DNA of 64,000 nt from Patescibacteria group bacterium (GCA_023229665.1 JALNYW010000002.1:92988-156987); one strand, 5' to 3'; shown: positions 35,443-46,300, counted from the first letter of the stretch. Program-made: numbers and translations. The notes: generated by a model from the letters alone, not told the origin.

Positions 35443-36651
35443 CTAGCCGAGCGTTTTGGTGACTTCGAGGATGGCAGTCTTAAGATAGCGGCCTTCGGGG
35501 AAGGCGAGGCGCTCCGCATGGTCGAATGGCTGTTCCAGGTAATCAAGCAGGCGCACTTCGCGTTTGGCGCGACCGGCGGCCAGCTTCAGGATATTCCGGA
35601 AGTCTTCGTTCGTGACGCGCCCGGAACAGGAGCTTGTGACCAAGGTCCCGCTGGGAGCGAGGGCGCGCAAACAGGCGGCATTCACTTCGGCATACGCTTT
35701 GAGGGCTTTTTCGACTTGCGCGTCGGTTTTCGCAAATGCCGGCGGATCGCAGATGATCACGTCATACGGACCTCCTTCGATATCGGTGCGCGCCAGCAAA
35801 TCCAAGACGTCGGCTTCAAGGAACAGGAATTTGGATTCGTCGGCCGGATCAAATCCGTTTTGGGTGAATTGCCGTTCCGCGAGTTCGAGCGCCGGGCGCG
35901 AAACGTCCACCGTCGCCACGAATTCCGCGCCGCCTTTGGCCGCATGCAGGCTGAAGGCGCCTGAATATCCAAACAGGTTCAAGACGCGCTTGCCTTTCGA
36001 CATGTTTCCGACCGCGCGCCGCGCCTCGCGTTGGTCTAAAAAGAAGCCAGTCTTTTGCCCGTTGATGACGTCGGCCAAAAACGTGATCCCGTATTCTTTA
36101 AACGGAACCGCATCGGTCACGACGCCATGATGGATGTTCGGCGGCAGCGGCATGAGGCCTTCGCGGTTGCGGGCTTCCACATCCGAACGTTCAACCACGG
36201 CCTTTGGTTTGAACGTGGTAACCAAAGCCTCGACGATTTCGCCGCGGAAACGGTCCATGCCGACGGTATGGATTTGAAAAACAAGCACATCGGCGTAGCG
36301 GTCCACGATAAGGCCAGGTAATCCGTCGGCTTCGGCGTGTACGACGCGGTATCCATCGGTGGCTTCCGGTAAATGCGAGCGCTTCCATTCATCCAGTTCT
36401 GCAAAACGTTCCGCAAAATAATTCGCATCAATCAAACGGTTGGCGTCCCGATCTAGAATACGGACGCGAATGGAGTTGAGTCCGTTCCACGTTCCAAGTC
36501 CGACCGCTTCGCCGGCCTGGGAGCGGACAATCACTAAATCTCCCGCGCCCGGTTTGCCTTCGATGGTATCGATGGCATTCGAAAACACCCATGGGTGTCC
36601 GGCCCGCAGGGGAATGTCTTTGCCGGGCTTGAGGATGACGGATGGGTGCAT
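35443..36651 (-). CDS. rlmI: RlmI-like SAM-dependent rRNA (cytosine-C5) methyltransferase with PUA domain
   Basis: GHPWVFSNAI (PUA), VLNLFGYSGAFS (SAM motif I), ICDPPAFAK (motif IV). Start trimmed (ATG 36651 or 36666) because the ORF-track extension overlaps tRNA-Pro. Confidence 0.82.
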   Translation of the reverse strand: MHPSVILKPGKDIPLRAGHPWVFSNAIDTIEGKPGAGDLVIVRSQAGEAVGLGTWNGLNSIRVRILDRDANRLIDANYFAERFAELDEWKRSHLPEATDGYRVVHAEADGLPGLIVDRYADVLVFQIHTVGMDRFRGEIVEALVTTFKPKAVVERSDVEARNREGLMPLPPNIHHGVVTDAVPFKEYGITFLADVINGQKTGFFLDQREARRAVGNMSKGKRVLNLFGYSGAFSLHAAKGGAEFVATVDVSRPALELAERQFTQNGFDPADESKFLFLEADVLDLLARTDIEGGPYDVIICDPPAFAKTDAQVEKALKAYAEVNAACLRALAPSGTLVTSSCSGRVTNEDFRNILKLAAGRAKREVRLLDYLEQPFDHAERLAFPEGRYLKTAILEVTKTLG

Positions 36652-36670
36652 AGTCTTAATCTCCATGACA

Positions 36671-36747
36671 TGGTCGGGCTGGTGGGACTCGAACCCACGA
36701 CCCTCTGCTCCCAAAGCAGATGCGCTAGCCAACTGCGCTACAGCCCG
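36671..36747 (-). tRNA. tRNA-Pro (anticodon TGG), CCA encoded
   Basis: Reverse complement CGGGCTG-TA-GCGC...TCTGC-TTTGGGA-GCAGA...GTGGG-TTCGAGT-CCCAC-CAGCCCG-A-CCA. Confidence 0.93.
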
Positions 36748-36805
36748 ACGATGTCATCGAGGCGATATCATTGAAACGTTCGCATCCTAACCAAACCTGC
36801 CAGAT

Positions 36806-37141
36806 AAAGAAAGAGCCGCCATCCAGAGTGGATGAGCGGCCGGAGTAGGCCCGGGTAGATAGGAATGCACGTACATCGCGAGGCTTGGGGGAGGCCTATG
36901 TGCGACGCTCGTGGGCATTTTCTTCCTACGTCGGTGAAAGTTGGGGCTCTCACCTTACTACCCTCGGTTTTGACGAGAGCCTGGCCTGCGCCAGTCAGAC
37001 ATCCCTGCGCTCAGGAGGCGAACCGTCATCCAGGATCCAGCTTCGACCCTTTCCGTTTCGGTTCTGACGCCATCCTTTTCGAAGCCCGGTTTCCGGGGCT
37101 TCCCTGAGTCCTATCGCAGGTATTTCGAAGGGTACGCCAAC
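36806..37141 (-). ncRNA. candidate ~335-nt structured ncRNA, family unresolved
   Basis: 445-bp ORF-free GC-rich gap. Minus-strand TTGACG (37176-37171)-17-TGAATT. Hairpins GAAGCCCCGGaaaCCGGGCTTC and CTCAGG...CCTGAG. Minus-strand terminator GCCGCTCATCCActcTGGATGGCGGC + TCTTTCTTT (36840-36805). Loose resemblance to RNase P segments (CGGAAAGGGUCGAAGC, GGUGAGAGCCCC, CUACCCGGGCCUAC) that I could not fold into P4. Confidence 0.4.
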
Positions 37142-37194
37142 GCCGGTAATTCAACAGGTTTCACGTTTTCCGTCAAGGGTTGTAAGGTGGCGCT

Positions 37195-38259
37195 ATGCGC
37201 ATCGCCATCGACGCCCGGATGATGGGAGCCGGGAATACCCGGGGGATTGGCCGCTATATATATGAGACGGTCGAGGCCTTGAAAGCCTTGGGTTCGGACC
37301 ACGAATTCGTTTTGCTCCAACCGCCGATCCGTTGGTATACCTTGGCTGAACAAATAAAGATGCCGTCGGTGTTTCGGGAGGCCAAGGCCGACCTGGTTTG
37401 GATCCCGCATTGGAATGTCCCGCTTTTGTATCGCGGGCCGTATGTCATCACCATTCATGATTTGCTTCTCATCCATCAGCCGGCAAGTGCGAAGGCTTCA
37501 ACTCGCGGTCCGATCATCGCTTGGCTGAAGCGCGTGGGCCATCGCGTCGTGTTGTGGAATGCCCTGCGCCACGCCAAGGCGATTTTCGTGCCCGCGCAGG
37601 AAGTCGCGCGCGACGTGGCCGAGCATTATCCATTCGCGAAAGAAAAAATCGTCGTAACCGGCGAAGGAATTGCGGCGTTGCCTGAGCCTGCGGCGAATTC
37701 CGGCTTGCTCCCGACGCCGTATCTTTTGTATTTTGGCTCCGCCTATCCGCATAAACGGCTCGATCTTCTCTTAAAGATGTGGAAGACGTTTTCTTTCGCA
37801 CACCCCGAGTACTCATTGGTAATCGGGGGCGAGCAAGACGTCTTTATGCGGCGTTGGATGGAAGAGGCTAAGCGCCAACATCTTCCGCGCGTCCACTTTC
37901 CGGGGCGTTTATCCGATGAAGAGCTCTCGACCTTTCTCGCGCATGCCGCCGTACACATACATCCCTCGTCTTTTGAGGGGTTTGCCCTGCCTTCTTTGGA
38001 GGCGTTGTCGCTTGGATGTCCGACGGTCGCGGCAGATATTCCGATCCTGCGCGAGCTCCTGCCGGAACAGGGGGTTTTCTTCTTTAAGAATGGCGACGCG
38101 GATGATATGATACGCGCGATCGAGACCGTGCTCGTCGACCGCGATGAGGCAGCCGTTGCCGCCCGTTTGGGCGGGGAGGGCGCACGGGCTCGCCATAACT
38201 GGAATCTTGTAGCCCGTAAGACCCTTGATGCGATGATGTATGCCTCGCGGCGTGTCTAA
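37195..38259 (+). CDS. glycosyltransferase family 4 (GT-B, retaining)
   Basis: MRIAIDAR..GIGRY N-terminus and the C-terminal EGFALPSLEALSLGCPTVA (E-x7-E) motif. Confidence 0.85.
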   Translation: MRIAIDARMMGAGNTRGIGRYIYETVEALKALGSDHEFVLLQPPIRWYTLAEQIKMPSVFREAKADLVWIPHWNVPLLYRGPYVITIHDLLLIHQPASAKASTRGPIIAWLKRVGHRVVLWNALRHAKAIFVPAQEVARDVAEHYPFAKEKIVVTGEGIAALPEPAANSGLLPTPYLLYFGSAYPHKRLDLLLKMWKTFSFAHPEYSLVIGGEQDVFMRRWMEEAKRQHLPRVHFPGRLSDEELSTFLAHAAVHIHPSSFEGFALPSLEALSLGCPTVAADIPILRELLPEQGVFFFKNGDADDMIRAIETVLVDRDEAAVAARLGGEGARARHNWNLVARKTLDAMMYASRRV

Positions 38260-41005
38260 AAAACCAAAGTTGAAAAAAACACACGCCTTACCCGAATGGA
38301 AGAGGATGAATTTGCATGCCCAATTGGAAGCGCAGCTTTCGCAAGTCGTGGTCGGAGAAGTGGTAGCGACGCAAGCGGTGAAGCCGTCCGTTTCTTCGCA
38401 AGAAAAAAGAGAGGCAGCCCCGCCGTCCGTGGCGACACGCAACGATGCCGTACAGATCCTGTCGTCCATTCGTGAATTGGACGCGCGTTTAGTCGCGCAT
38501 GTCACCAGCAAGAGCGCGCCGACCCGGCGGCGCTTGTCGGTGCGCGTGGCTGAACATGAAGCGAGTCCGCACGTCGTGGCCCTGGGCGGATTGGCCCGCA
38601 AGTTGGAAACTAAAGTTCGCGAACCGGAATGGGAAAACGTCCAAGCATGGACGGCGCCCTACGAAGAACCTCCGTCCATCGATACCATGGCGGGATGGGC
38701 GGCTGATTTGTATCTCGACCGGGTAGAGCCGGCCTTGTGGCTTGAGCAGTTCACGCCCGGTGACATCGAAACCGCGTTCGGCGAAAGCTATGGTCTCTGG
38801 TCGCGGATCCGCGCGCCGTTTATCCGTTGGGAGCGCGCCGAACATGCCTACGCAGCCGAACCATCGGATGAAGTCGAGCCGCTCATCACCGATGTCGAGC
38901 CGGAAGAGCAGGTGGAAGAACCGGAGGAGCGCGTCCCGATGCTGTATCGGATGAAGCGTTCCGTGGTGGAAGCCTTCGCCAAGGCCAAGGACCGCGAAGA
39001 GGCGCTGATTGCCGAAATCGAACAGGAGTGGGGCGCGCCCATTTTGGTTCCGCGCGTCGCGCCCGCCCGCGTCATGGCCGGATTCTTCGCCCTCCTTCTT
39101 TTTGTGACCTTGCCTGCCGGCGCCGTTTCGCTTTCGCGTTCGGTCGGTTCGTCGTGGTTGGAGGTGAGCTCCTCGGGACAGGAAGCCCTCTCCGCCGCCG
39201 AACGCGCGGGAGCGTCACCCACCGATCCCGCCGCCTGGGGCCGCGTCTCGCAAAGCTTGAGCGATACTGACCAAGCCCTCAATCGCGTGAATGCGTTGGC
39301 GGTGGGCATCACCCAGGCGCTCCCGGAAACCCGCAACGCCTATTCAAGCGCCCGTAATTTATTGCATGCCGGCGACGCCTCGGCCCAAGCCGCGCTTTTG
39401 CTGACCCAGGGCCTGGATCGCGCGCTCGGCGAACCGACGCGCTATCCGGTAGATCGTGGCCGCGTTTTTAAAACGTATCTTGATTCCGCCGCGCCTTTGC
39501 TTGATGACGCAAACCTAGCCTTATCCGAGGTCAAACTTGATTCATTGCCCGAATCCGAACGCGCAAAAGCGACCGAGGCGACCACCTTGCTCACCACGGT
39601 TCGTCAGGCCGTAGGGGAACTCCGCTCCATTACGGATTTGTTGATGACCGGCGCGGGAGATTTGCATCGCCGGAGCTATCTCTTCGTTTTCCAGAACTCG
39701 ACCGAGCTTCGTCCGACTGGCGGCTTCATGGGTTCGCTGGCATTGATCACCCTGGATCGCGGCGAAATCAAAGCGCTTGAAGTGCCGGGCGGCGGTCCCT
39801 ACGATTTGAAAGGGGAACTGAAGGAACGCGTGCGTCCGCCGGAGCCGTTGCGCCTCGTGGCCCAGCGCTGGGAATTCCAGGACGCCAACTGGTTCCCGGA
39901 TTTCCCGGCCGCGGCGGAAAAGCTTCAGTGGTTTTGGAGCAAGTCCGGTCAGCCAAGTATCGACGGCGTCGTCGCGGTGAACTTACGCGTATTGGAACGC
40001 TTGCTCGAAGTCACCGGCCCGGTTGAGCTGCCCGAATATGGCAAAACCATCACTTCGGAAAATGTCTGGATGGAAATGCAAAAAGCCGTCGAGCTTGAAT
40101 ACGACAAGGAGGAAAATAAACCGAAGAAAATTGTCGGCGATTTGATGGCGAAGTTGCTGGAGCGTCTGAAATCTTCCGACCAGGACCAATGGGTGAAGCT
40201 TTTGTCGCTCGGGGCCGAGTCACTTGAAACGAAAGATATCCAGGTATGGCTGTCGAATCCCGAGGAAGAGGCATTGGTCGAACGTTTTGGCTGGAGCGGC
40301 CGCTTTAAAGAGACGCCCGGCGACTCGTTGGCGGTCATTGGCGCGAATATCGCCGGTCAAAAGTCCGACCGCTTGATCAATGAGCGCGTTGACCACACGG
40401 CGGAAATCCAGGAAGACGGATCCATCGTTGATACGGTCACCATCACGCGTACGCATACCGGGACCAAGGGCGATCTATTCACCGGAGTAAACAACGTCAC
40501 GTATTTGCGCGTGTATGTGCCGAAGGGCGCGGAGCTTTTGTCCGCCGATGGGTTCTCGCCGCCGCCCGCGAATCTGTTTAAGCAGATGCTCGAAGGCGAT
40601 CCGGAGGATGCGGACCTGGCGGCTGTGCAGGCGAATCCGCGCTTGTTGCCGAATGGAGTGCAAGCAACGGATGAATTCGGCCGCACGGCCTTTGGCGGAT
40701 GGGTCCAGTTGGAGCCGGGCCAGTCAAAAGTCACGACGTTCAAGTATCGTTTGCCGTTTGGCGCGTTCGATATCGCGCAGCGCCTTCGTCCCGAGGGCGC
40801 TCCGCGCGCCGACGCGATCCGCCCAGCCTATACCGCGCTCTACACCAGCCAATCCGGGAAGCCGGAACGGACGCTCACGACCAAGGTGACCTATCCAAAG
40901 GGATGGAATTTGGCCTGGAGCCACGCCGACGGCCTTGATGCGAACATGAGCTGGGATCGGGACCGTGCGACCGCCGGACTCTTCCTGTCATCCGCCGACA
41001 AATAG
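38240..41005 (+). CDS. DUF4012 domain-containing membrane protein (921 aa)
   Basis: Overlaps the GT4 stop by 20 nt. TM MAGFFALLLFVTLPAGAV. Hallmark YLFVFQNSTELRPTGGFMGS. Confidence 0.8.
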   Translation: MPRGVSKKPKLKKTHALPEWKRMNLHAQLEAQLSQVVVGEVVATQAVKPSVSSQEKREAAPPSVATRNDAVQILSSIRELDARLVAHVTSKSAPTRRRLSVRVAEHEASPHVVALGGLARKLETKVREPEWENVQAWTAPYEEPPSIDTMAGWAADLYLDRVEPALWLEQFTPGDIETAFGESYGLWSRIRAPFIRWERAEHAYAAEPSDEVEPLITDVEPEEQVEEPEERVPMLYRMKRSVVEAFAKAKDREEALIAEIEQEWGAPILVPRVAPARVMAGFFALLLFVTLPAGAVSLSRSVGSSWLEVSSSGQEALSAAERAGASPTDPAAWGRVSQSLSDTDQALNRVNALAVGITQALPETRNAYSSARNLLHAGDASAQAALLLTQGLDRALGEPTRYPVDRGRVFKTYLDSAAPLLDDANLALSEVKLDSLPESERAKATEATTLLTTVRQAVGELRSITDLLMTGAGDLHRRSYLFVFQNSTELRPTGGFMGSLALITLDRGEIKALEVPGGGPYDLKGELKERVRPPEPLRLVAQRWEFQDANWFPDFPAAAEKLQWFWSKSGQPSIDGVVAVNLRVLERLLEVTGPVELPEYGKTITSENVWMEMQKAVELEYDKEENKPKKIVGDLMAKLLERLKSSDQDQWVKLLSLGAESLETKDIQVWLSNPEEEALVERFGWSGRFKETPGDSLAVIGANIAGQKSDRLINERVDHTAEIQEDGSIVDTVTITRTHTGTKGDLFTGVNNVTYLRVYVPKGAELLSADGFSPPPANLFKQMLEGDPEDADLAAVQANPRLLPNGVQATDEFGRTAFGGWVQLEPGQSKVTTFKYRLPFGAFDIAQRLRPEGAPRADAIRPAYTALYTSQSGKPERTLTTKVTYPKGWNLAWSHADGLDANMSWDRDRATAGLFLSSADK

Positions 41006-41011
41006 GGTAAG

Positions 41012-43000
41012 ATGGGCCGCATGCCGGAAGGGAAACGCGTAAAACCAGCCGCCGTACCAAAACCGCCGCCGCGCCCCTGGCGCCGCGCGGCGTTTTCCTT
41101 TTCCAAAGGCAAGCCGGACGCCGAGGAAAAGCAGCGTGAAGACGAAGTATCCCGCGGATTAGAGGCGATCTATCTCACGAATGGCAAGAAACAGGATTTT
41201 AAGACGTTCTCACGCACCCAGCGCAGCCGCGCCTTGCGGATCTTCTCCATCGTTGTCGGATTCTGCGCGGTGGCAAGCGCGCTTGCGTGGGCCGGACTGT
41301 TTTATTTCGGCCCGCCGGGCCCTGCGGAAGCTTCGGGCGTCATCGTGGCCATTGATGGACCGGAATCCATCGGCCTCGGCCGCGAAGAACAGTTCCGCAT
41401 CCGTTGGTCCAATACCTCCATCCAGCCTGAACAGGAAGTCGAGCTGCGCCTGTCGGTCCCGGCAGAGATGTTGTTGTCTTCGTTGGTCCCTCCGCCAGAT
41501 GATGAACAGCATCTGGTCTGGAAGCTGGGCATGTTGCAGGCAGGAGCCAAGGGGGAAATCAAAGTGAAAGGGGTTTTTCTTGGGACCCTGGGTTCCAAGA
41601 GCGCGCTTCAGGCGGTTGTGACATCGCGCGGCCAGGCCGGAGGACGTCCGCGCGAAGCTTTGGTGACGAAGCCGCTCATTTATGGCGAAACCGTTTTAGC
41701 CGGACTCTTCAGCATGCCGGCGAAAGTCGTCACGGGCGACCAGATTACGATCCAGTATGCCGTCGCGAACCATGGCGGCCAGGGCCTGCGCGGATTGAAG
41801 GTGCGTCTGAAGCTTCCGGAGGGGTTCGTGCCGTCGCCGACCAGCACGGCATTCCAGCGCGTAGGGAATTCCGCCGAATGGGAGGCGCCGCTCGGGGATC
41901 TTGCGGCGGCGAGTACCAATACCTTGCGTATGATCGGCGCCTTCGCGGCGCAGAGTTCCGGCGACGTGAAGATTGAGGCGCGCATCGGCGCGGCCAAACA
42001 AGATGGATCGTTTTTGCCGCTCTTGGTCGGAGAGGGAAAGCTGACCGTGCTCGCGGGCGACCTCGGTCTCAAGCTCGTCGCCAATGGCGCGGATCAGGAT
42101 AAGACCATTGCGCCCGGAGATCCGTTGCGTATCACTATCCAATATAAGAATTTAAGTCCGGAAAAACTTGTTGGGGTAAAACTCACGCTCGGATTTGAGT
42201 CTTTGTCCGATGGAAAATCCGCGACCGGCACCAGTTTATTGAATTGGCGCGAATTGGAAGACGACGGAAAGGGCGTTTCGACGACCAAGACACGCATCCA
42301 GACCATCAAGTACGATCAAAAATCCATCCCGGTTTTCGCCCAGCTTCTTCCGCAGGAAGAAGGGACCATTGATATCGAGATTCCGACCTTGCCGGCCGCG
42401 AGCACGACGAAAGACGCGGCCGTTCGTCTGACGGTCGAGGGCTCCATGGACACAGTTGGCAACGAACGCTCGACGCGCGTCATCCGTACCGCGCCGCTCA
42501 CCTTCCGCTACCGAAGCGATGCGACCCTCGTCACCGAAGCGCGTTACTTCACCGAAGAGGGCGCGCCGCTGGGAGCCGGTCCCTTGCCGCCGGTCGCCGG
42601 AAAAACGACAAGTTACCGCATCTTCTGGAGCATCAACAAAACATTGCATCCGCTGGAGAACCTCCAGGTCACGGCCGTGCTGCCGACGTCGGTCGCTTGG
42701 GGCGCTTCGTCGTCTTCTCAAGCGGGAACGCTGACGTATGACGATGCGACGCGCACCGTGAGCTGGAGCTTGAACCGCATGCCGGAAGACGTGGATTCGC
42801 TCGAAGCATCGTTTGAAATCCAGCTTACGCCTACTGAATTTGATGTCGGCCGCTTCGCGCAATTGCTGGGCGAATCACGGTTATCCGCCACCGATCCGAC
42901 TGTCGCCGAATCCGTCGTGCGCGCCCTCCCGCCACTCACCAGCGATTTGCAGAATGACGAAGGCGCCCAAAATAAGGGCGTTGTAAAGAAGGGGAGCTAG
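41012..43000 (+). CDS. membrane-anchored surface protein with CARDB/DUF11-like repeats (662 aa)
   Basis: TM IFSIVVGFCAVASALAWAGLFYF, then repeated beta-sandwich-like modules (ITIQYAVANHGGQGLRGLKVRLKLPEGF and similar). Confidence 0.7.
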   Translation: MGRMPEGKRVKPAAVPKPPPRPWRRAAFSFSKGKPDAEEKQREDEVSRGLEAIYLTNGKKQDFKTFSRTQRSRALRIFSIVVGFCAVASALAWAGLFYFGPPGPAEASGVIVAIDGPESIGLGREEQFRIRWSNTSIQPEQEVELRLSVPAEMLLSSLVPPPDDEQHLVWKLGMLQAGAKGEIKVKGVFLGTLGSKSALQAVVTSRGQAGGRPREALVTKPLIYGETVLAGLFSMPAKVVTGDQITIQYAVANHGGQGLRGLKVRLKLPEGFVPSPTSTAFQRVGNSAEWEAPLGDLAAASTNTLRMIGAFAAQSSGDVKIEARIGAAKQDGSFLPLLVGEGKLTVLAGDLGLKLVANGADQDKTIAPGDPLRITIQYKNLSPEKLVGVKLTLGFESLSDGKSATGTSLLNWRELEDDGKGVSTTKTRIQTIKYDQKSIPVFAQLLPQEEGTIDIEIPTLPAASTTKDAAVRLTVEGSMDTVGNERSTRVIRTAPLTFRYRSDATLVTEARYFTEEGAPLGAGPLPPVAGKTTSYRIFWSINKTLHPLENLQVTAVLPTSVAWGASSSSQAGTLTYDDATRTVSWSLNRMPEDVDSLEASFEIQLTPTEFDVGRFAQLLGESRLSATDPTVAESVVRALPPLTSDLQNDEGAQNKGVVKKGS

Positions 43001-43047
43001 GGTTGACAGAAGATGAAGTTTCTGTCATGTTCCAACCGAGGTGAAGT

Positions 43048-43329
43048 ATGACCCACACCGATCTCGACAAGTTGTATGACGAGGTCCTGGGGCGCGGTTC
43101 GTACATGCCCCAGGTGCTCCTTCCGCGCATCAAGCGCGCGCTCGAAAGCGAGGGCTTCGATGTCTCGCTGGATGCGTCCGACGATCTCATGAAGCTGCCC
43201 ATCGAGGCGGTGCCCGCGGCCATCAAGTATCTGAACGGGTACTTGTCCAAGGCCTCGCCAGACGCCGACCACGCTGCACGGCTCGTGCGCAAGCGCTCTC
43301 AGAGCGGTACCCACCGCAAAGCAGGCTGA
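43048..43329 (+). CDS. hypothetical protein (93 aa)
   Basis: TTGACA-17-CATGTT at 43003-43031. GAGGTG SD. High GC3. Terminator GACTCCCAACGGGGTC-T5. Confidence 0.5.
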   Translation: MTHTDLDKLYDEVLGRGSYMPQVLLPRIKRALESEGFDVSLDASDDLMKLPIEAVPAAIKYLNGYLSKASPDADHAARLVRKRSQSGTHRKAG

Positions 43330-43395
43330 CTCCCAACGGGGTCGTTTTTATTTTCGGAAAAGAAAAACCCTCTCCTTTGCAGGAGAGGGCAGGCG

Positions 43396-46300
43396 TTAGC
43401 GCGAGGGATGTTCCTCGCACCAGATGCGCGCGTTCTGGAACATCCGGAGCCAGGGGCTCGTGGCGTATTCGCGCCACGCGTCCGGCATCCAGGGCCATTG
43501 CCACGGGAGCACGAGCCGCTCCGGGTGCGGCATGAGCGCCAGGTGGCGTCCGTCCGGCGAGCAGAGTCCGGCCGCGTTGAGCGCGCTTCCGTTCGGGTTG
43601 AACGGATATTCGTCCGTCGGCATACCCGTTTCCGGGTTTGCGTAGCTCGCGACGACGAGTTCGTGGCTCACGATGTTTTCGAGCACGTCGCGCGACGGGA
43701 CGTGCAAACGGCCTTCGCCGTGCGCGACCCAGCAGCCGAGTACCGACCCGAGCATGCCTTTCAGCATGAGGGCCGGACTGTCTTCGATGCGCAGGGTCGA
43801 GAAGCGCGACTCGAAGCGCCCCGACCGGTTGTGCACGAAGCGCGGCTGATGCTCCGACGGGAGGTCGAAGCCCGGCACCCAACCCAGGAGGGCCAGGAGC
43901 TGGCAGCCATTGCAGATGCCGAGCGAGAACGTGTCGGGCCGGGCGCGGAAACGCTCCAGCTCGCCGCGTAGCTTCGGGTTGAAGCGGATCACGCCCGCCC
44001 AGCCCTTGGCCGAGTCGAACACGTCGGCGAACGAGAACCCGCCGACGAAGACCACGCCTCGGAATTCATCCAAGCCGACCGTGCCTTCGAGCAAGTCCGA
44101 CATGGTGACGTCCCAAGGCTCGAACCCGGCCAGATGGAAGGCGACGGCCATCTCTCGATCGCCGTTGCTGCCTTCCGCGCGGATGACCGCGACTTTGGGC
44201 TTTCCTTCCCGCGCGAGCAGGTCGGGAGCCGTCCGTTGCGGGTGGTAGGTGAGCCGGTAGGCGGGCGGGTCGAGAAGCTCCCGCACCGCCTCCCGCTCCT
44301 CGTCCGCGCATTCGGGATTGATCTGGAGCCGTTCGAGCTGGTAGCTCGTCTCGCTCCAGATCGCACGCAGGTCGATGAGCGAGTCGTGCAGCACCGTGAA
44401 GCCGTTGTGCTTCACGATGATGTCCGGCTGGAAGCCGATGACCTTGCCGATCCAGTTCGCGCCGATGCCGCGGCGCGTGAAGTACCACTGGGCGGCTTCC
44501 GCATCTGCGACTTCCACCACCACGCCCGGCTCTTGCGAGAACAGGGTGGTGATGGCGTCGGTCGGCGAAAAGAGCTCGACCTCGATGCCCTGGTGGCCCG
44601 CGAAGGCCATCTCGAGCAGCGTGGCGATGAGCCCGCCGTCGCTCACGTCATGCATGGCGAGCGCGTGCCCGTCGCGCACGAGGTCTTGCAGCGCGCCGAA
44701 GACGCGCTTCAGGAGATCGGCATTGGCCGCGTCGGGCGGATCGTCGCCGAATTGTCCGTAAGTCTGCGCGAGCGCCGAACCGCCGAGGCGGTAGACGTTC
44801 GGGTTCAGGCTGATGTGCAAGAGCGAGCTGCCTTCGCGCTTGAGGTCGGGCGTGGCCTTGCGGGCCACATCCGGCATCGAAGCGTAGGCCTTGATGATGA
44901 CGGTCGGCGGCGATTCGACATCGCCCGCCGCCATCGAGAGCGAGTCCTTGCCGCCATCGAGAGCGCAGCCGAGCTGCACGCAGAACGTCGACAGGGCTTC
45001 GCAGGCGTCGTAGAGCCAGGCATTCCGGCCCGGCTTTTTCGCCGCCAGCATCCAGTTGGCCGAAGCCTTGATGCCATCGAGACCGTTCTCGGTTTCGATG
45101 CAGGCTCCGGCCATGTTCAGGATGGCTTCCGTCATGGCGAGACGCGCCGCGACGCCCGGCGAGAGCAGGCCCGCGATCGGCTGTTCGCCGAGCGCATGTA
45201 CCGCTCCCGAGGCGTCGAAGTAGCCGTCCGCCAGGATGGCGAAGTCGGCGAGCGGCAGCTGACTCGGGCCCACGCATTGCTGCTGGGCCACCAGTCCGCC
45301 GACGCTCCTATCCACCTTGTGTACGAGGAAGCCTTTCGACCCCACGCTCACGAGGCGCAGCACCCGTTCGAGCGCCTGTCTGACCGTAAGGTCGGCCGGG
45401 AGCTCGAGCGACTTGGTCTCGAAGCGCTGCCGCGTGTCCGCGTAGGACTTCTTCGGCAGCGAACCGAGGATGTCCTCGAGCGGGAGGTCCACGGACTTCG
45501 TGTCGTCCGCGTCCTCGAGGGTGATGCGCCCGTCGCCGGTCACCGAACCGATGGCCGTCACCGGACAACCCTCGCGAGCGCAGATGGCCTCAAGCTGGCC
45601 GAAGCGGTCTCCTTGTACGAGCACGACCTCGCGCTCCTGGGCTTCGTTGCCCCAGAGCTCGAGGATCGAGAGGCTCGCATCTCCGCAGGGGATCTCGCGC
45701 AGCTGCACGCGACCGCCGGCCGGATGGACCAACTCGGGCACCGCATTGCTGAGGCCGCCCGCGCCGAGGTCATGCGTCGAGACGAAGGGATTCTTGTCTC
45801 CCAACTCGACGCACGCCCGGATCACGCGGTACATGCGCTGCTCCATCTGCGGCGCGCCGCGCTGAACCGACTTGAAGTCGAGATCCACGTCGTTCGCGCC
45901 GCCCAGGATGGAGCTGGCCGCTCCGCCGCCGACGCCGATCCGGTAGCCCGGACCGCCCAGCTGGACGATGAGCATGCCTGCTTCCGGTGCCTGCTTGTGC
46001 AGATGCTGGTCGCGCAGCCGGCCCGCGCCGCCCACGTAGACGATGGGCTTGTGCCACGCATAGTGGCGGCCGTCGGGCGCGGCAGCGGCGAAGCTCCGGC
46101 AAACGCCTCCGGTCACGGGATCGCCGAAGCAATTCCCATAGGCCGAGACGCCATTGCTGGCCTGGATGAGGATGTCGAGCGGCGAAGCCGCGTAGCTCGG
46201 ATGCGGGACCGCATCCCGCTCGCACGGCAACGCATAGCCGGGGATCTTGAGCGCGCCGACGAAATAGCCGGCCGCACTCATCCCGACCTGTCCGCCGCGT

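Noticed and set aside
34120-35964. 614-aa plus-strand ORF spanning two minus-strand genes
   Set aside because: Repetitive Arg/Ala/Gly/Asp-rich translation with no motifs. It runs antisense to an RlmI-like methyltransferase with clear SAM motifs and to a coherent anchored protein.
35443-36732. Full-length ORF-track model of the methyltransferase (429 aa)
   Set aside because: Its first ~25 codons overlap tRNA-Pro on the same strand. The start was moved to ATG 36651 or 36666.
36806-37141. Calling this RNA rnpB (RNase P RNA) outright
   Set aside because: Size and context fit, but the universally conserved P4 strands could not be identified or paired. The call is left as an unassigned ncRNA candidate.
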